Assembly (NCBI GenBank): GCA_038849025.1
Contig: JAWCNE010000001.1
Span: 5,844 to 69,843, forward strand
DNA length: 64,000 nucleotides
From: Candidatus Bathyarchaeia archaeon
GTDB lineage: Archaea; Thermoproteota; Bathyarchaeia; Bathyarchaeales; Bathycorpusculaceae
Direction: 5' to 3'
In this document: piece after piece, positions 20,647 to 29,456 of the stretch
Numbering within the stretch: position 1 is the stretch's first letter
Layout of the letters: each line of letters starts with the position of its first letter
The notes under the pieces: model-generated
Seen by the model: only the letters and a program-made list of their open reading frames with translations
What the model was told of the DNA's origin: nothing
Database searches by the model: none
Translations under genes and position numbers: made by a program

Positions 20647-21699
20647 TTGCCGGAAATAAAAGTTGCCATAGTGGGCATTGGAAACTGTGCATCAGCCCTC
20701 GTTCAAGGCCTCCAATATTATAGTAGATTTGAAAACGAAAAAGAATGCGGCGGTTTGCGTAACCTATTCGTCGGAGGCTTCCATCCCAAAGACATTCAAA
20801 TTGTTGCGGCTTTTGACATTGATAGTAGAAAAGTCGGAAAAGAATTGTCTGAAGCCATTTTTGCGCCGCCAAACAATGCCCCAAAAATGGTGAATGTACA
20901 GCCGTGCGCAGTAGCAGTGCATAAAGGTCCAGTTTTAGATGGTGTCGGCGAATACACAGGAAAAATTGTTAAAGTAAGTGATTTTCCAGAAGTCGATGTT
21001 AAAGATGTTCTGAAAGAAAGCGGCGCAGAAATTGTGCTTAATTTGCTTCCAAGCGGCGCCGTGAAGGCTTCTGAATGGTATGCAAGCCAATCCTTAGAGG
21101 CTGGGTGTGCCTTCATAAATGCTACGCCTGTTTTTATGGCAAGTAATCCTGTTTGGGCTGGACGTTTTGAAGAGGCTGCACTGCCTATTGTTGGAGACGA
21201 TTTAATCGACCAAGTTGGCGCTACAACTTTGCATAAGACTTTGCTTCAGCTTCTTTCAGAGCGGGGTGTGCGCATAACTGAAACCTATCAGCTTGATGTT
21301 GGTGGAGGCACAGAATCCCTTGACACGTTGGAGCGAACCCGTGAAGTCAAGCGAATAGTTAAGACGGAATCAGTGAAGTCTGTGTTGCCCTACGAAGCCC
21401 AGGTGGTTGCAGGCTCAACGGATTATGTGGATTTTCTACAGAACAGACGAGATAGCTTCTTCTGGATTAAAGGATGGTACTTCTGCGGGGCGCCCATGCA
21501 GATGGACTTGCGACTTTCAACAGTGGACGCGCCGAACGCTGGTTCAGTATTGTTAGATGTTATAAGGGCGGTTAAAATAGCCTTAAACCGAAAATTGGGC
21601 GGGGCAATCTTGCCCATATGTGCTTACGCCTTTAAACATCCGCCGCAGCTTCTGCCCCTCGAAAAGGCTGAAGAAATTTTCAGAGAATTCGTTTCTTAA
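20647..21699 (+). CDS. myo-inositol-1-phosphate synthase (archaeal short form)
   Basis: 350 aa with TTG start. The N-terminal NAD-binding KVAIVGIGNCASALVQGLQYY and the motifs GDDLIDQVGAT and DVGGG fit archaeal MIPS. Confidence 0.8.
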   Translation: MPEIKVAIVGIGNCASALVQGLQYYSRFENEKECGGLRNLFVGGFHPKDIQIVAAFDIDSRKVGKELSEAIFAPPNNAPKMVNVQPCAVAVHKGPVLDGVGEYTGKIVKVSDFPEVDVKDVLKESGAEIVLNLLPSGAVKASEWYASQSLEAGCAFINATPVFMASNPVWAGRFEEAALPIVGDDLIDQVGATTLHKTLLQLLSERGVRITETYQLDVGGGTESLDTLERTREVKRIVKTESVKSVLPYEAQVVAGSTDYVDFLQNRRDSFFWIKGWYFCGAPMQMDLRLSTVDAPNAGSVLLDVIRAVKIALNRKLGGAILPICAYAFKHPPQLLPLEKAEEIFREFVS

Positions 21700-21700
21700 A

Positions 21701-22825
21701 TCATGGTCGAACATTGGTTTTTGATAAAGTCTTTAGTTCATTCAATATTTTGTTTCGTATACCAGTCTCGGCTATTCTTCTTTTGAGCAGATTTATAGTC
21801 TCCACTGGAGTGGGGTCTATTCCACGCAATAAGGCAAGATAAACGCTTGTGAAGTCTCCAATAAGCATTGTGGACAGCATTTTAGCCAGTTTTCCTTCGC
21901 CTCTGCTCCAAACTTCATAAACCCCCGCAATTTTATCCAGTATCAACTCTTTCGTGGCTTCAATTCGACTTCGAATTTCCTCTGGTTCGCTTTGGTCTCG
22001 AAGGAATATTGCTGAAAAACGATTTGAAAGTTTCTCTTTCCTTTCCCAGCCTACCACTTCGTTATGGTTTAGCTCCGGGAAAACCTCCCATTTTGAGGGA
22101 ACTTTGCTGTTCTCGTTAAACTGCTGCTTGAAACGTTGAGCCACGGAACGGTAAATTCCGAATCCATATACAATGGGAACTGTTCCGCTAATGCTGAAGG
22201 CTAGCATTTTGGAAAAGTTTTCTTTAAAAGGCTTTTGAGGCGTGCTTTCCTCGCAAACTTGCCCCATAACCTTAATGGCTTCGGAAACTTCCTTTTCCAC
22301 TTCTGAAGCTAATCCAAGTTTTTCCATGAAAACAAGTGTTGGGACGAATAGGTATGGAAGCGCTGCTCGGGGAGGAATTCCGGTCGGAACACGTAAGTGG
22401 GGCACATTCATTTTCTCGGCTAACTCGATAAGCGTGCCTCCAGAGCTTATACACACAATCATGCATTTATTCTTGAGAGCTTCAAGAAAAGTGCTGAGGG
22501 TTTCTTCGGTTTCTCCAGAATAGCTTACAATAAAGGTTAGAGTTTTTTCGTCAGCGTACGCTGGAAGAGCATATTCTCTACATACTTCCAATGGGATTTT
22601 AAGCGTGTTCCGTGTCCAGTCTTTTAGGAGTTCTCCGCCTATGGCGGAACCGCCCATACCCGCTGCAATGATTGCTTTTGGTTTTGGATAACTAATCGTA
22701 ACATTTTTAGCCATTTGAAATGCTTTTTCGTAGTGCTTTGCGGCTTCAACGCAGAAAGAAAGCATATTACTCTTGTCTATTTTTCTAATTTCGTTTACGT
22801 CGTCTAAAATTGCTTGTTTAAGCAA
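21701..22825 (-). CDS. bifunctional phosphoglucose/phosphomannose isomerase (SIS-domain family)
   Basis: 374 aa with two SIS-like halves (GMGGSAIGGELL, SYSGETEET). The conserved C-terminal HNEVVGWE motif is typical of archaeal PGI/PMI. The gene is convergent with the inositol-phosphate synthase gene, with a 1-nt gap. Confidence 0.75.
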   Translation of the reverse strand: MLKQAILDDVNEIRKIDKSNMLSFCVEAAKHYEKAFQMAKNVTISYPKPKAIIAAGMGGSAIGGELLKDWTRNTLKIPLEVCREYALPAYADEKTLTFIVSYSGETEETLSTFLEALKNKCMIVCISSGGTLIELAEKMNVPHLRVPTGIPPRAALPYLFVPTLVFMEKLGLASEVEKEVSEAIKVMGQVCEESTPQKPFKENFSKMLAFSISGTVPIVYGFGIYRSVAQRFKQQFNENSKVPSKWEVFPELNHNEVVGWERKEKLSNRFSAIFLRDQSEPEEIRSRIEATKELILDKIAGVYEVWSRGEGKLAKMLSTMLIGDFTSVYLALLRGIDPTPVETINLLKRRIAETGIRNKILNELKTLSKTNVRP

Positions 22826-22909
22826 TTTTACTCCTCTAACTCAATTTATTGCTATTTTGCTTTTAGCTTTTAAGCTAAAGACTGGTTAATACGGTAATGT
22901 TTAACGGCG

Positions 22910-23770
22910 ATGGTTATGCATAGAAAGATGATTTCAATAGCCATTCCAGCATCGGTTGTTTCTGACACCCCGCACTTGCGGGAAAAAACTTCTAAAATAG
23001 GACTGATCGGAAGGGCTGCAGCTGTTTTCGGAGTTGAAGAGATAATAATCTACAAGGATGAACCTAAAAAGGATCAGAAAGCTGAAATGGATTTAACAGC
23101 CACATTGCTCAGTTACATGGAAACTCCTCAATATTTGCGAAAAAGACTTTTCAAATTAAGACCAGAATTGCGGTATGCCGGCATTCTTCCACCGTTAAGA
23201 ACGGCACATCATCCCTTAGGCAGAAAAATGGCAGATTTGAAGGTGGGCGAATACCGTGAAGGAGTCACCATCGCAAAAACAAGAGAAGGCACACTTCTAG
23301 ACATAGGTATTGAGAAAACCGCTTTAATACCAAAAACTCAACTTCCCATAGGAAATCGGGTAACTGTAAAAGTTATGGATGTCAACAAAAGGGTTATGGT
23401 GAATTTGGCAAACCGCAGGGAAATCCCCCATTATTGGGGCTATAAAGTTACCCTTTGGGAAGATTCTTTTGGAAAACTCGTGAAAGATGCGCGATTTACA
23501 TTGAAAATTGCCACATCAAAGTATGGCGCTCCCTTTATGGACGTTAAAGAAAAAATTGCTGAACAATGGAATAAAGCCGAGGCTATTCTAGTGATTTTTG
23601 GAGCACCCACCAAGGGGCTTTACGAAATAGCCAAAAACGAGGGCCTAAATTTAGATGAAATTGTGGACTTTGTCGTTAACACCATTCCAGAGCAGAAAAC
23701 CGAAACTGTGCGCACTGAAGAGGCTCTTATAGCCTCTTTAGCGGTTTTCAAATGTTGTTTTAGGCTTTAA
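22910..23770 (+). CDS. SPOUT-superfamily putative RNA methyltransferase (DUF171/SPOUT1-like)
   Basis: 286 aa. The N-terminus ISIAIPASVVSD...KTSKIGLIGRAAAVFGVEEIIIY, a central OB-like insertion and the C-terminal FGAPTKGL are characteristic of the DUF171 family. Confidence 0.7.
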   Translation: MVMHRKMISIAIPASVVSDTPHLREKTSKIGLIGRAAAVFGVEEIIIYKDEPKKDQKAEMDLTATLLSYMETPQYLRKRLFKLRPELRYAGILPPLRTAHHPLGRKMADLKVGEYREGVTIAKTREGTLLDIGIEKTALIPKTQLPIGNRVTVKVMDVNKRVMVNLANRREIPHYWGYKVTLWEDSFGKLVKDARFTLKIATSKYGAPFMDVKEKIAEQWNKAEAILVIFGAPTKGLYEIAKNEGLNLDEIVDFVVNTIPEQKTETVRTEEALIASLAVFKCCFRL

Positions 23771-23781
23771 GGTTTAAATGT

Positions 23782-24831
23782 TTGTTTCTCTTATGTGCGT
23801 TTATGTATTTCGACATTGCCATGCCCTTAACGCTTTTCACAGTTACTTTAGTAGCCATATTTTTGAATGGAAAGGTTGAGGGAAAACTGAAAGCTACTTT
23901 TGAAGAGCGAGAATTCGGCGTTAGGGATGTTATTATGCTTGTAGCGGCGATAAGTGTGACGGTCTCCGTTGTGGTGCTCATCCCGCAAATGGCCGTTGTG
24001 GCAATATTTCTTTTTGCCTACTCCATCCTACTATTCATGTTCACTTATATTTTCTCAGATTTAAAAAAATCCGAAGCCCAACTTTTCTGCACAGCCATAT
24101 TCATAATCAGCTTTTTAGCGGCCACGGTTAGCCTCTTTAACATAGCCTCATTAAACAGCATATTTACTTATGGCGCCATAGCCTTTTACGGCCTAAGCAG
24201 TTTTTCTTTTATAGTTTTGCTTTATGAAGAGAAAAGAATGTATACAAAAGAGCGGTGGTATTTAGCTGTTTTGCCGCCAGCCCTCTTCATAATTTTGTAC
24301 ACGTTTTACAGCACAACCCCAATATGGTTCCCTTACTTGCTTAATTTATATGGCGCGATATTTGCAATTCTGATTATTCTTTATCTCGGAAGCCTCTTCA
24401 CATGGAGAACAACATTAATTTTTGTAGGCCTTCTTACCGTGGTAGACATTTTTCTTGTCTTAGTAACTAGAACCATGGTTTCTGCTGCAACGCATGTTTC
24501 AGGGCTGAGACTTCCGGTGTTGGTTACCATGCCGACTTTTCCTGAAATTGTAACTCCTTGGGGAATTCTTTATATGTCTCTTGGTTTAGGAGACTTCTTT
24601 TTTGCCGGACTCATAGCTGTACAATCCCTTAAAAATTTTGGCAAAAACTTTGCAGTTTTGTCAGCAATAGCGATGGCTTTCTCCTTCTTCATTTTCGAAG
24701 CGTTAATATTAAACTTTGAATTCAGAGCCTTCCCAGGAACATTAATGATTATCTGCGGGTGGCTGCCCCTAGTGCTCTTTAGAATGCTAAAAAGAAGAAA
24801 AGCATCCAGCAAGCAAAGTGAAGCCCTATAA
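23782..24831 (+). CDS. presenilin/signal-peptide-peptidase-like intramembrane aspartyl protease (A22 family, DUF1119-like)
   Basis: 349 aa with about 9 TM helices. A GxGD motif (LGLGDFFFAG) is present, and an upstream TM aspartate sits in VVDIFLVLVTRTM. A PGT sequence occupies the position of the PAL motif. Confidence 0.6.
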   Translation: MFLLCAFMYFDIAMPLTLFTVTLVAIFLNGKVEGKLKATFEEREFGVRDVIMLVAAISVTVSVVVLIPQMAVVAIFLFAYSILLFMFTYIFSDLKKSEAQLFCTAIFIISFLAATVSLFNIASLNSIFTYGAIAFYGLSSFSFIVLLYEEKRMYTKERWYLAVLPPALFIILYTFYSTTPIWFPYLLNLYGAIFAILIILYLGSLFTWRTTLIFVGLLTVVDIFLVLVTRTMVSAATHVSGLRLPVLVTMPTFPEIVTPWGILYMSLGLGDFFFAGLIAVQSLKNFGKNFAVLSAIAMAFSFFIFEALILNFEFRAFPGTLMIICGWLPLVLFRMLKRRKASSKQSEAL

Positions 24832-25239
24832 ATCTTCTTCCGAAACCACTTTGATTCCATTCTTTTTAAGCAAGGCCGTTGTTATTCCATCCCCTTTGAT
24901 GGTCTTTCCTGAAAAAGTCCCATCATAAATTCGCCCACAGCCGCATGAGGGACTTCCTTGTTTAAAAACTGCCTCATTAACATTGAACAGTTTCGCCAAC
25001 TTTAAAACTTGTTTTGCTCCTCGCACAAAGTTTTCAGTAACATCCTTTCCAGACTTTGTAATTACTCTGCCTCCCTTAAGCTCTGCAGGTTCTCTTGGAG
25101 TTGGCAAACCGCCAAGTTGTTCTGGACAAACAGGAATCAGCGTCTCTTTTCGCAGCAACTTAATAACCTTTTGGTTAAGCGCGCTTCTGCCGTTATATCT
25201 GCATCTTATTCCTAACAAGCAAGCGCTACAAAGTCTCAT
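24826..25239 (-). CDS. DUF523 family protein (TudS-like putative thiouracil desulfurase)
   Basis: 137 aa with CSACLLGIRCRYNG, CPEQLGGLPTPREP and GSPSCGCG, the conserved Cys set of the DUF523 [4Fe-4S] family. Confidence 0.75.
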   Translation of the reverse strand: MRLCSACLLGIRCRYNGRSALNQKVIKLLRKETLIPVCPEQLGGLPTPREPAELKGGRVITKSGKDVTENFVRGAKQVLKLAKLFNVNEAVFKQGSPSCGCGRIYDGTFSGKTIKGDGITTALLKKNGIKVVSEEDL

Positions 25240-25329
25240 AATATTGAATACTTCACGATATTCTTAAAATTTTGTCGCTTTTCAAGTTTACCTTTTCTTT
25301 TTATAAATTAAAAGCGTTGGAAGGGGGGT

Positions 25330-25653
25330 TTAACCGAACAATGCTCCTAATCCTTCAAGGGCTGCTTCTTCTCTAGCTTTTTCCTCTTCTTCTTTCTTCT
25401 TCTTTTCTTCCTCTTTCGGCTTGGCTTCCGCTGCCGCTGGAGCTGCTGCCGAAGGCGCTGCTGGTGCAGCCATTACTGTTGGAGCTGACTTGATGGCTTC
25501 GTCTATGTTAACCTCTGCTAGAGAAGCCACTAAGGCTTTAACTCTTACAGCGTCAACATTTATTCCTGCTGCTGTCAGAACTTGGGTTAGGTTTTCTTCG
25601 TTTATTTCTTTTCCAGCCTTGTGGAGGAGCATCGCAGCGTAAATGTATTCCAT
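25330..25653 (-). CDS. rpl12: 50S ribosomal stalk protein P1 (L12e)
   Basis: 107 aa beginning [11 protein letters not shown], with an Ala/Pro hinge, an acidic KKEEEEK stretch and the conserved C-terminal EGLGALFG. Confidence 0.95.
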   Translation of the reverse strand: MEYIYAAMLLHKAGKEINEENLTQVLTAAGINVDAVRVKALVASLAEVNIDEAIKSAPTVMAAPAAPSAAAPAAAEAKPKEEEKKKKEEEEKAREEAALEGLGALFG

Positions 25654-25680
25654 ACCTTTTCACCTCTATTTTCTAGTATT

Positions 25681-26508
25681 TTAACCTTTTTCAAATTGTT
25701 TAATCTTCTCTTCCAAACTAGATAATCTGCTACTTAAACTTAACATTTCAGCATGCGCCTTTATTATGAGATCTTTTATGGTTTCTTTGCTGGGTATGGC
25801 TGCGCCTAATGCGAGGGCATAGGCCTCTTGGTGGGCGATTTGCACCAGAAGAGTTATGTTTTCTTTTGTTGGGTAAGCTATTCCAACTGAAAGTTTGAAG
25901 GCCTCTGCTTGCGCAAATTCAATTTGCCTTTTTGTCTCGTTTAAGTCTATTTTGAGCTGTTCTCCTTCTATTATCAAGCCTTCGTCGCACACAACCCTAA
26001 TTATGAGGCCGGCTTCAACGGGTTTTATCCCTAGCTTTGATAGGACACTTGCAAGTCTTTCTGATATGACATCGCCTTTTCTAGCAACCAGCGTGTCTTT
26101 GGTTATCCAGACACTTCCAGACTCAATTCTTGTTGGCAAACCCACGGCGTTTAACTGGCTGATTATGGGTCCTGGGGGCTGCCCAGTGTTTCCAGCAGGG
26201 ACGATTACATCGAAGGATGCTGTGTCGCCAGCCTTGGCCGTAATTAGCACTTTGCCCTTTTCAAGGAGCAGCGCGAGTTTGAAGGGATTAAGGTTGGTGA
26301 AGAGAAAAACGTTTGAACCTGTTAAATATTTCTCCAATTTTTTAGGGTCAAGTTTTTCACGGCAGTTCTCAATAGCCCTTTTCATCAAAGTGTTCTTTAT
26401 AACACGCATGTAAACGTCTGCCGCCAACTTCTTCTTGAACTCTTGAAGCTGAGAGGCTCTGACTTTTTGAAGGCTTGCTATGCCCACTACTTTATATTGC
26501 CTCAGCAA
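25681..26508 (-). CDS. rplP0: 50S ribosomal stalk protein P0 (L10e); N-terminus probably extends upstream to a non-canonical start
   Basis: The P0/L10 core carries VVGIASLQKVRASQLQEFKKKL and PAGNTGQPPGPIISQL. The conserved N-terminal sequence (KASEVEEVTRL) continues in frame upstream of the TTG at 26508, up to the L1 stop codon, with no ATG or GTG. The protein ends without an acidic tail. Confidence 0.85.
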   Translation of the reverse strand: MLRQYKVVGIASLQKVRASQLQEFKKKLAADVYMRVIKNTLMKRAIENCREKLDPKKLEKYLTGSNVFLFTNLNPFKLALLLEKGKVLITAKAGDTASFDVIVPAGNTGQPPGPIISQLNAVGLPTRIESGSVWITKDTLVARKGDVISERLASVLSKLGIKPVEAGLIIRVVCDEGLIIEGEQLKIDLNETKRQIEFAQAEAFKLSVGIAYPTKENITLLVQIAHQEAYALALGAAIPSKETIKDLIIKAHAEMLSLSSRLSSLEEKIKQFEKG

Positions 26509-26580
26509 TCTTGTTACCTCTTCAACTTCGCTGGCTTTTGCTTTTAAAATCTGTTGGGACGGCAGACGCTTTCCCTCGCT

Positions 26581-27234
26581 TTATGGCTTAATTTTTACTG
26601 GAGCACCCATGGTTGTTTTTATACAGACCAATTTAATGTTTTTCATTCCTCTTTTCAATTTTCCTTCAAGAACCCTTAAAACGGCTTGTATGTTTTCTGC
26701 TATTTCCTCTTCTTTCATGCTTTCGGTTCCAACACGGCACTGGATTATAGGCTGGTTCCGCATTCTTATAACAACGGTTTTGCGGTATTTTTCCAGCAAG
26801 TTTCCAATGTCCGCTGTGGGAGGAACTGGAACAGGCATTTTCCCCCGCGGTCCAAGGGTGGCTCCTAAAATTTTGCCTACAAGAGGCATGAGGGGGGCTT
26901 CTGCCACGAAAAAGTCGTATTCGTCAGCTATTTTCCTCAGCTCTTTTTTCTTGCCTGCCAAACCTTCAAGTTCAGCCCTGTCAATGACAAGGTCTGCGTT
27001 AGCCTTTTTCGCCTTAAGCGCCAATTCTCCTGTGGCAATTACGCATATTTTGTTTGCCTTTTCAGGCGGTGGGTGGGGCAATTCTATGTTTTCTTGAAGT
27101 CTGCCTTCTGGAGATTTCATGTCTATGTCTTGCAAGTTTAATATAAGTTCAACTGACTGGGTGAAGTTTCTCTTTTCAGATTTTTCTTTCGCCTCTTTAA
27201 CTGCGGCTAATATGGTTTTTTGTTCTATTGGCAT
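26581..27234 (-). CDS. rpl1: 50S ribosomal protein L1
   Basis: 217 aa with FTQSVELILNL, GKILGPRGKMP and MGAPVKI, placed between L11 and P0 as in the conserved operon. Confidence 0.95.
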   Translation of the reverse strand: MPIEQKTILAAVKEAKEKSEKRNFTQSVELILNLQDIDMKSPEGRLQENIELPHPPPEKANKICVIATGELALKAKKANADLVIDRAELEGLAGKKKELRKIADEYDFFVAEAPLMPLVGKILGATLGPRGKMPVPVPPTADIGNLLEKYRKTVVIRMRNQPIIQCRVGTESMKEEEIAENIQAVLRVLEGKLKRGMKNIKLVCIKTTMGAPVKIKP

Positions 27235-27280
27235 TTTGGGCCCCGTGCCATTGATGGATTAGGAAGCCATTATAAAAATG

Positions 27281-27775
27281 TTAGGCTTCACCTAGGGCAA
27301 ATATTTGGTCGTACTTACCCTCGTCGATTTCTCGCATAATTTCTTTAGGGTCTTTGCCTTCAACGGTGACTCCCATGCTTACGCATGTTCCCAGAATTTC
27401 TTTAGCTGCTGACTTTAATGTTTTTGAAAGCAGTTCTGGCCGCTTAATTTTTGCTATGCGTATAAGTTGTTCCATGGAGAGGTTGCCGACTTTCTGCGTA
27501 TTTGGTGCTCCCGAACCTTTTTCGATCTTTAGTTCACTTACAATTAGAGCGGATGTTGTAGGTGTTCCAACAGTAACTTCAAATTGTTTAGTTTCAGGGT
27601 CAACGGAAACTTTCACCGGAACCTTCATTCCGGCATAATCTTTAGTAAGCTCATTTATCTTGTTCACAACAGCCATCACATTTAAGCCTAAGGGTCCTAA
27701 TGCTGGTCCTAATGGTGGACCCGCTGTTGCTTGCCCCCCGCTGACTAATAATTCTACAACTTTTTTCTCAGCCAT
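27281..27775 (-). CDS. rpl11: 50S ribosomal protein L11
   Basis: 164 aa with [21 protein letters not shown], the signature N-terminal domain of L11. Confidence 0.95.
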   Translation of the reverse strand: MAEKKVVELLVSGGQATAGPPLGPALGPLGLNVMAVVNKINELTKDYAGMKVPVKVSVDPETKQFEVTVGTPTTSALIVSELKIEKGSGAPNTQKVGNLSMEQLIRIAKIKRPELLSKTLKSAAKEILGTCVSMGVTVEGKDPKEIMREIDEGKYDQIFALGEA

Positions 27776-28251
27776 TATGCACCACCACCTTCGCTTTTTG
27801 CTTTCTCCACAAGCTTAACATAATCTGAATGAACAGTTATGGGCAGAGTAAAAGTGGCTTCAAGAAGCTCTAGGGTAACCTCCTCCTTAGTCTTGTCAAT
27901 ACGCGTTATCTTTGCCCGCATTCCCTTGAAAGGCCCGCCAGTAACCTCAACAATATCGCTTTCGCTTAGCTCTTCAATAACCGGTTTTCGAACAATGTAC
28001 TTTTCAATCTCGGAGAAGTTAACGAAGTCTGGAACCCTTGACCTTACATGTTTTATGCCCGCTATAGCTTGCTCCACGAAATGAGGGCCCTCAGCCTCCA
28101 TGAAGATGTACCCTCTCAAAGTGTCTGGTACAAGGATGGCCTTAACAGGTATTTTATGCATCTCTACTCTTGCAGTGACAAGTTTAGCCACGTTTCTTTC
28201 CTGTCCAGTTGTTATTCTCACAGCGAAAATTTTTGTTGTTCTTTTCTCCAA
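27775..28251 (-). CDS. spt5: transcription elongation factor Spt5 (NusG)
   Basis: 158 aa with an NGN domain ([15 protein letters not shown]) and a KOW motif ([19 protein letters not shown]). The stop overlaps the L11 start. Confidence 0.9.
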   Translation of the reverse strand: MEKRTTKIFAVRITTGQERNVAKLVTARVEMHKIPVKAILVPDTLRGYIFMEAEGPHFVEQAIAGIKHVRSRVPDFVNFSEIEKYIVRKPVIEELSESDIVEVTGGPFKGMRAKITRIDKTKEEVTLELLEATFTLPITVHSDYVKLVEKAKSEGGGA

Positions 28252-28266
28252 GCTTTTCCCTCTTGC

Positions 28267-28434
28267 CTAGTAAGGTATGGCGCTTGTTAGCAGTTTTATT
28301 ACGAAACCTATAAGTCCAACGGCGCCTATGCCTAAAAAGCATATTTTAATCGATAGCCAAAGCTCACTTCTCCCAGGTTTTACCGCTAGCTTCAATGTCC
28401 TTGCGCATTGCGATAGGAACGACCTTAAGCCCAT
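28267..28434 (-). CDS. secE: protein translocase subunit SecE (Sec61-gamma)
   Basis: A hand-translated 55-aa ORF below the ORF-track cutoff: MGLRSFLSQCARTLKLAVKPGRSELWLSIKICFLGIGAVGLIGFVIKLLTSAIPY. It has the KP.R.E motif and a single TM helix, and lies directly upstream of spt5 as in other archaea. Confidence 0.85.
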   Translation of the reverse strand: MGLRSFLSQCARTLKLAVKPGRSELWLSIKICFLGIGAVGLIGFVIKLLTSAIPY

Positions 28435-28527
28435 TTCTCATCTACCAGCAAATTGTGTTCTGATAGATAAACATGCATTTCTATTAACTTTTCTGTTTTA
28501 GTGATTAGCGATATAAATGCCTTTATG

Positions 28528-29352
28528 TTAAGCCTTTTGGAATTCAAGGCCTATTTTTCTAAGCATTTCGATGATTTTTGGCTTGTATTCGCCCTTTATT
28601 CCCTTCCAGTCTAGAACTGCAAGCTTAACTTTTTCAAGGGTCTTTTCAACGCACTGCCTTAAAACACAATCATCAATTTTGGAAACGGCGTATTTTGGGA
28701 TCATATGACCAAAAGCCATCGAGTTTTCCAAAGCCATCTTGGTGAATCGTGTGTTGTAGTGGGGCCCGCCGATTCCCAGAACTGCTTTTGATTGTCGCTC
28801 TCCAAAACTTGAAATGGCTTCCATTGCAGCATGAGCGACAACCTCTGCTGCTTCTAAATCCTCCCACTGTTCCGGCGAACTTCCCAATTCAACAAACATT
28901 GCTGGTACATCCAATGAAGGCCCATGGTGGGTACATTCATAGGAAACCTCGTATTTCAGCTGCTTTTCCTCAACAAGCTTCGCCATGGTTTTCAAAGCGT
29001 TTTTCATGGCGTCTGCTGGAGAAACCGAAACCTTTCTTGGGATTCCGCCTAAATCGGCATCTCCGAGGTTTCCTGGAGTGTGCACCGAAAGCGTTGGAGT
29101 TTTGCTAATGCTGCTATGTCTTGAGACGAAGACTACAAGCTCAAGCGACGGAGAAAACTCTGCTATGTTTTGTGCATAAACCAGTTCTTCATTCAATATG
29201 GCAAGGTTGATTTCTTTACCGTTGATTTCAGCAGCGTAAATAGGAGCATCGTGAAACTTTTCTTTCGCTAGGCTGAATGGATAATTGTTTAGAATTTGTT
29301 TTGCAATGTTTATGCTTGCCAAGTCTTTTGTTGATGCGGCGAGCAGAATCAT
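28528..29352 (-). CDS. dtdA: D-aminoacyl-tRNA deacylase, archaeal type (DTD2)
   Basis: 274 aa with SRHSS, HTPGN, ECTHHGP, VELGSS, LGIGGPHY, AFGHMIPKYA, DWKG and a C-terminal GLEF. This series is collinear with Pyrococcus DTD2 as I recall it. Confidence 0.85.
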   Translation of the reverse strand: MILLAASTKDLASINIAKQILNNYPFSLAKEKFHDAPIYAAEINGKEINLAILNEELVYAQNIAEFSPSLELVVFVSRHSSISKTPTLSVHTPGNLGDADLGGIPRKVSVSPADAMKNALKTMAKLVEEKQLKYEVSYECTHHGPSLDVPAMFVELGSSPEQWEDLEAAEVVAHAAMEAISSFGERQSKAVLGIGGPHYNTRFTKMALENSMAFGHMIPKYAVSKIDDCVLRQCVEKTLEKVKLAVLDWKGIKGEYKPKIIEMLRKIGLEFQKA

Positions 29353-29456
29353 CCGTATTTTCCCAATTGCAAGATGCCTCCTCCTCAGAAAAAGGTTTCC
29401 ATAAAACTTATAATCGCTGAAACATTGAAAAGCTTAATGTTTAGAACGGTGGAAAA

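Noticed and set aside
20579-20893. ORFs 20579-20884 (minus) and 20678-20893 (plus) around the start of the inositol-phosphate synthase gene.
   Set aside because: Both overlap the well-supported MIPS reading frame (KVAIVGIGNCASALVQGLQYY) and have no motifs of their own.
22862-22879. An inverted repeat TTTAGCTT-TT-AAGCTAAA between the PGI/PMI and SPOUT genes. A 7-bp-arm repeat AAACATT...AATGTTT lies upstream of the carbamoyltransferase gene at about 29417-29439.
   Set aside because: Arms of 7-8 bp in AT-rich intergenic DNA are expected by chance. I saw no second copy or positional argument strong enough to call them operators.
25340-25400. A purine/pyrimidine-skewed low-complexity DNA run (ttcctcttcttctttcttcttcttttcttcc), with a similar run at 35190-35340, was considered as a simple repeat.
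   Set aside because: Both encode the acidic Glu/Lys stretches of P1 and of the L31e extension on the minus strand. They are coding low complexity, not independent repeat elements.
25895-27097. Long ORFs antisense to ribosomal protein genes: 25895-26413 (172 aa) and 26480-27097 (205 aa), both on the plus strand.
   Set aside because: The opposite strand encodes unmistakable P0 and L1. The antisense translations are Ser/Leu/Phe-rich low-complexity sequence with no motifs. This is the typical shadow-ORF pattern.
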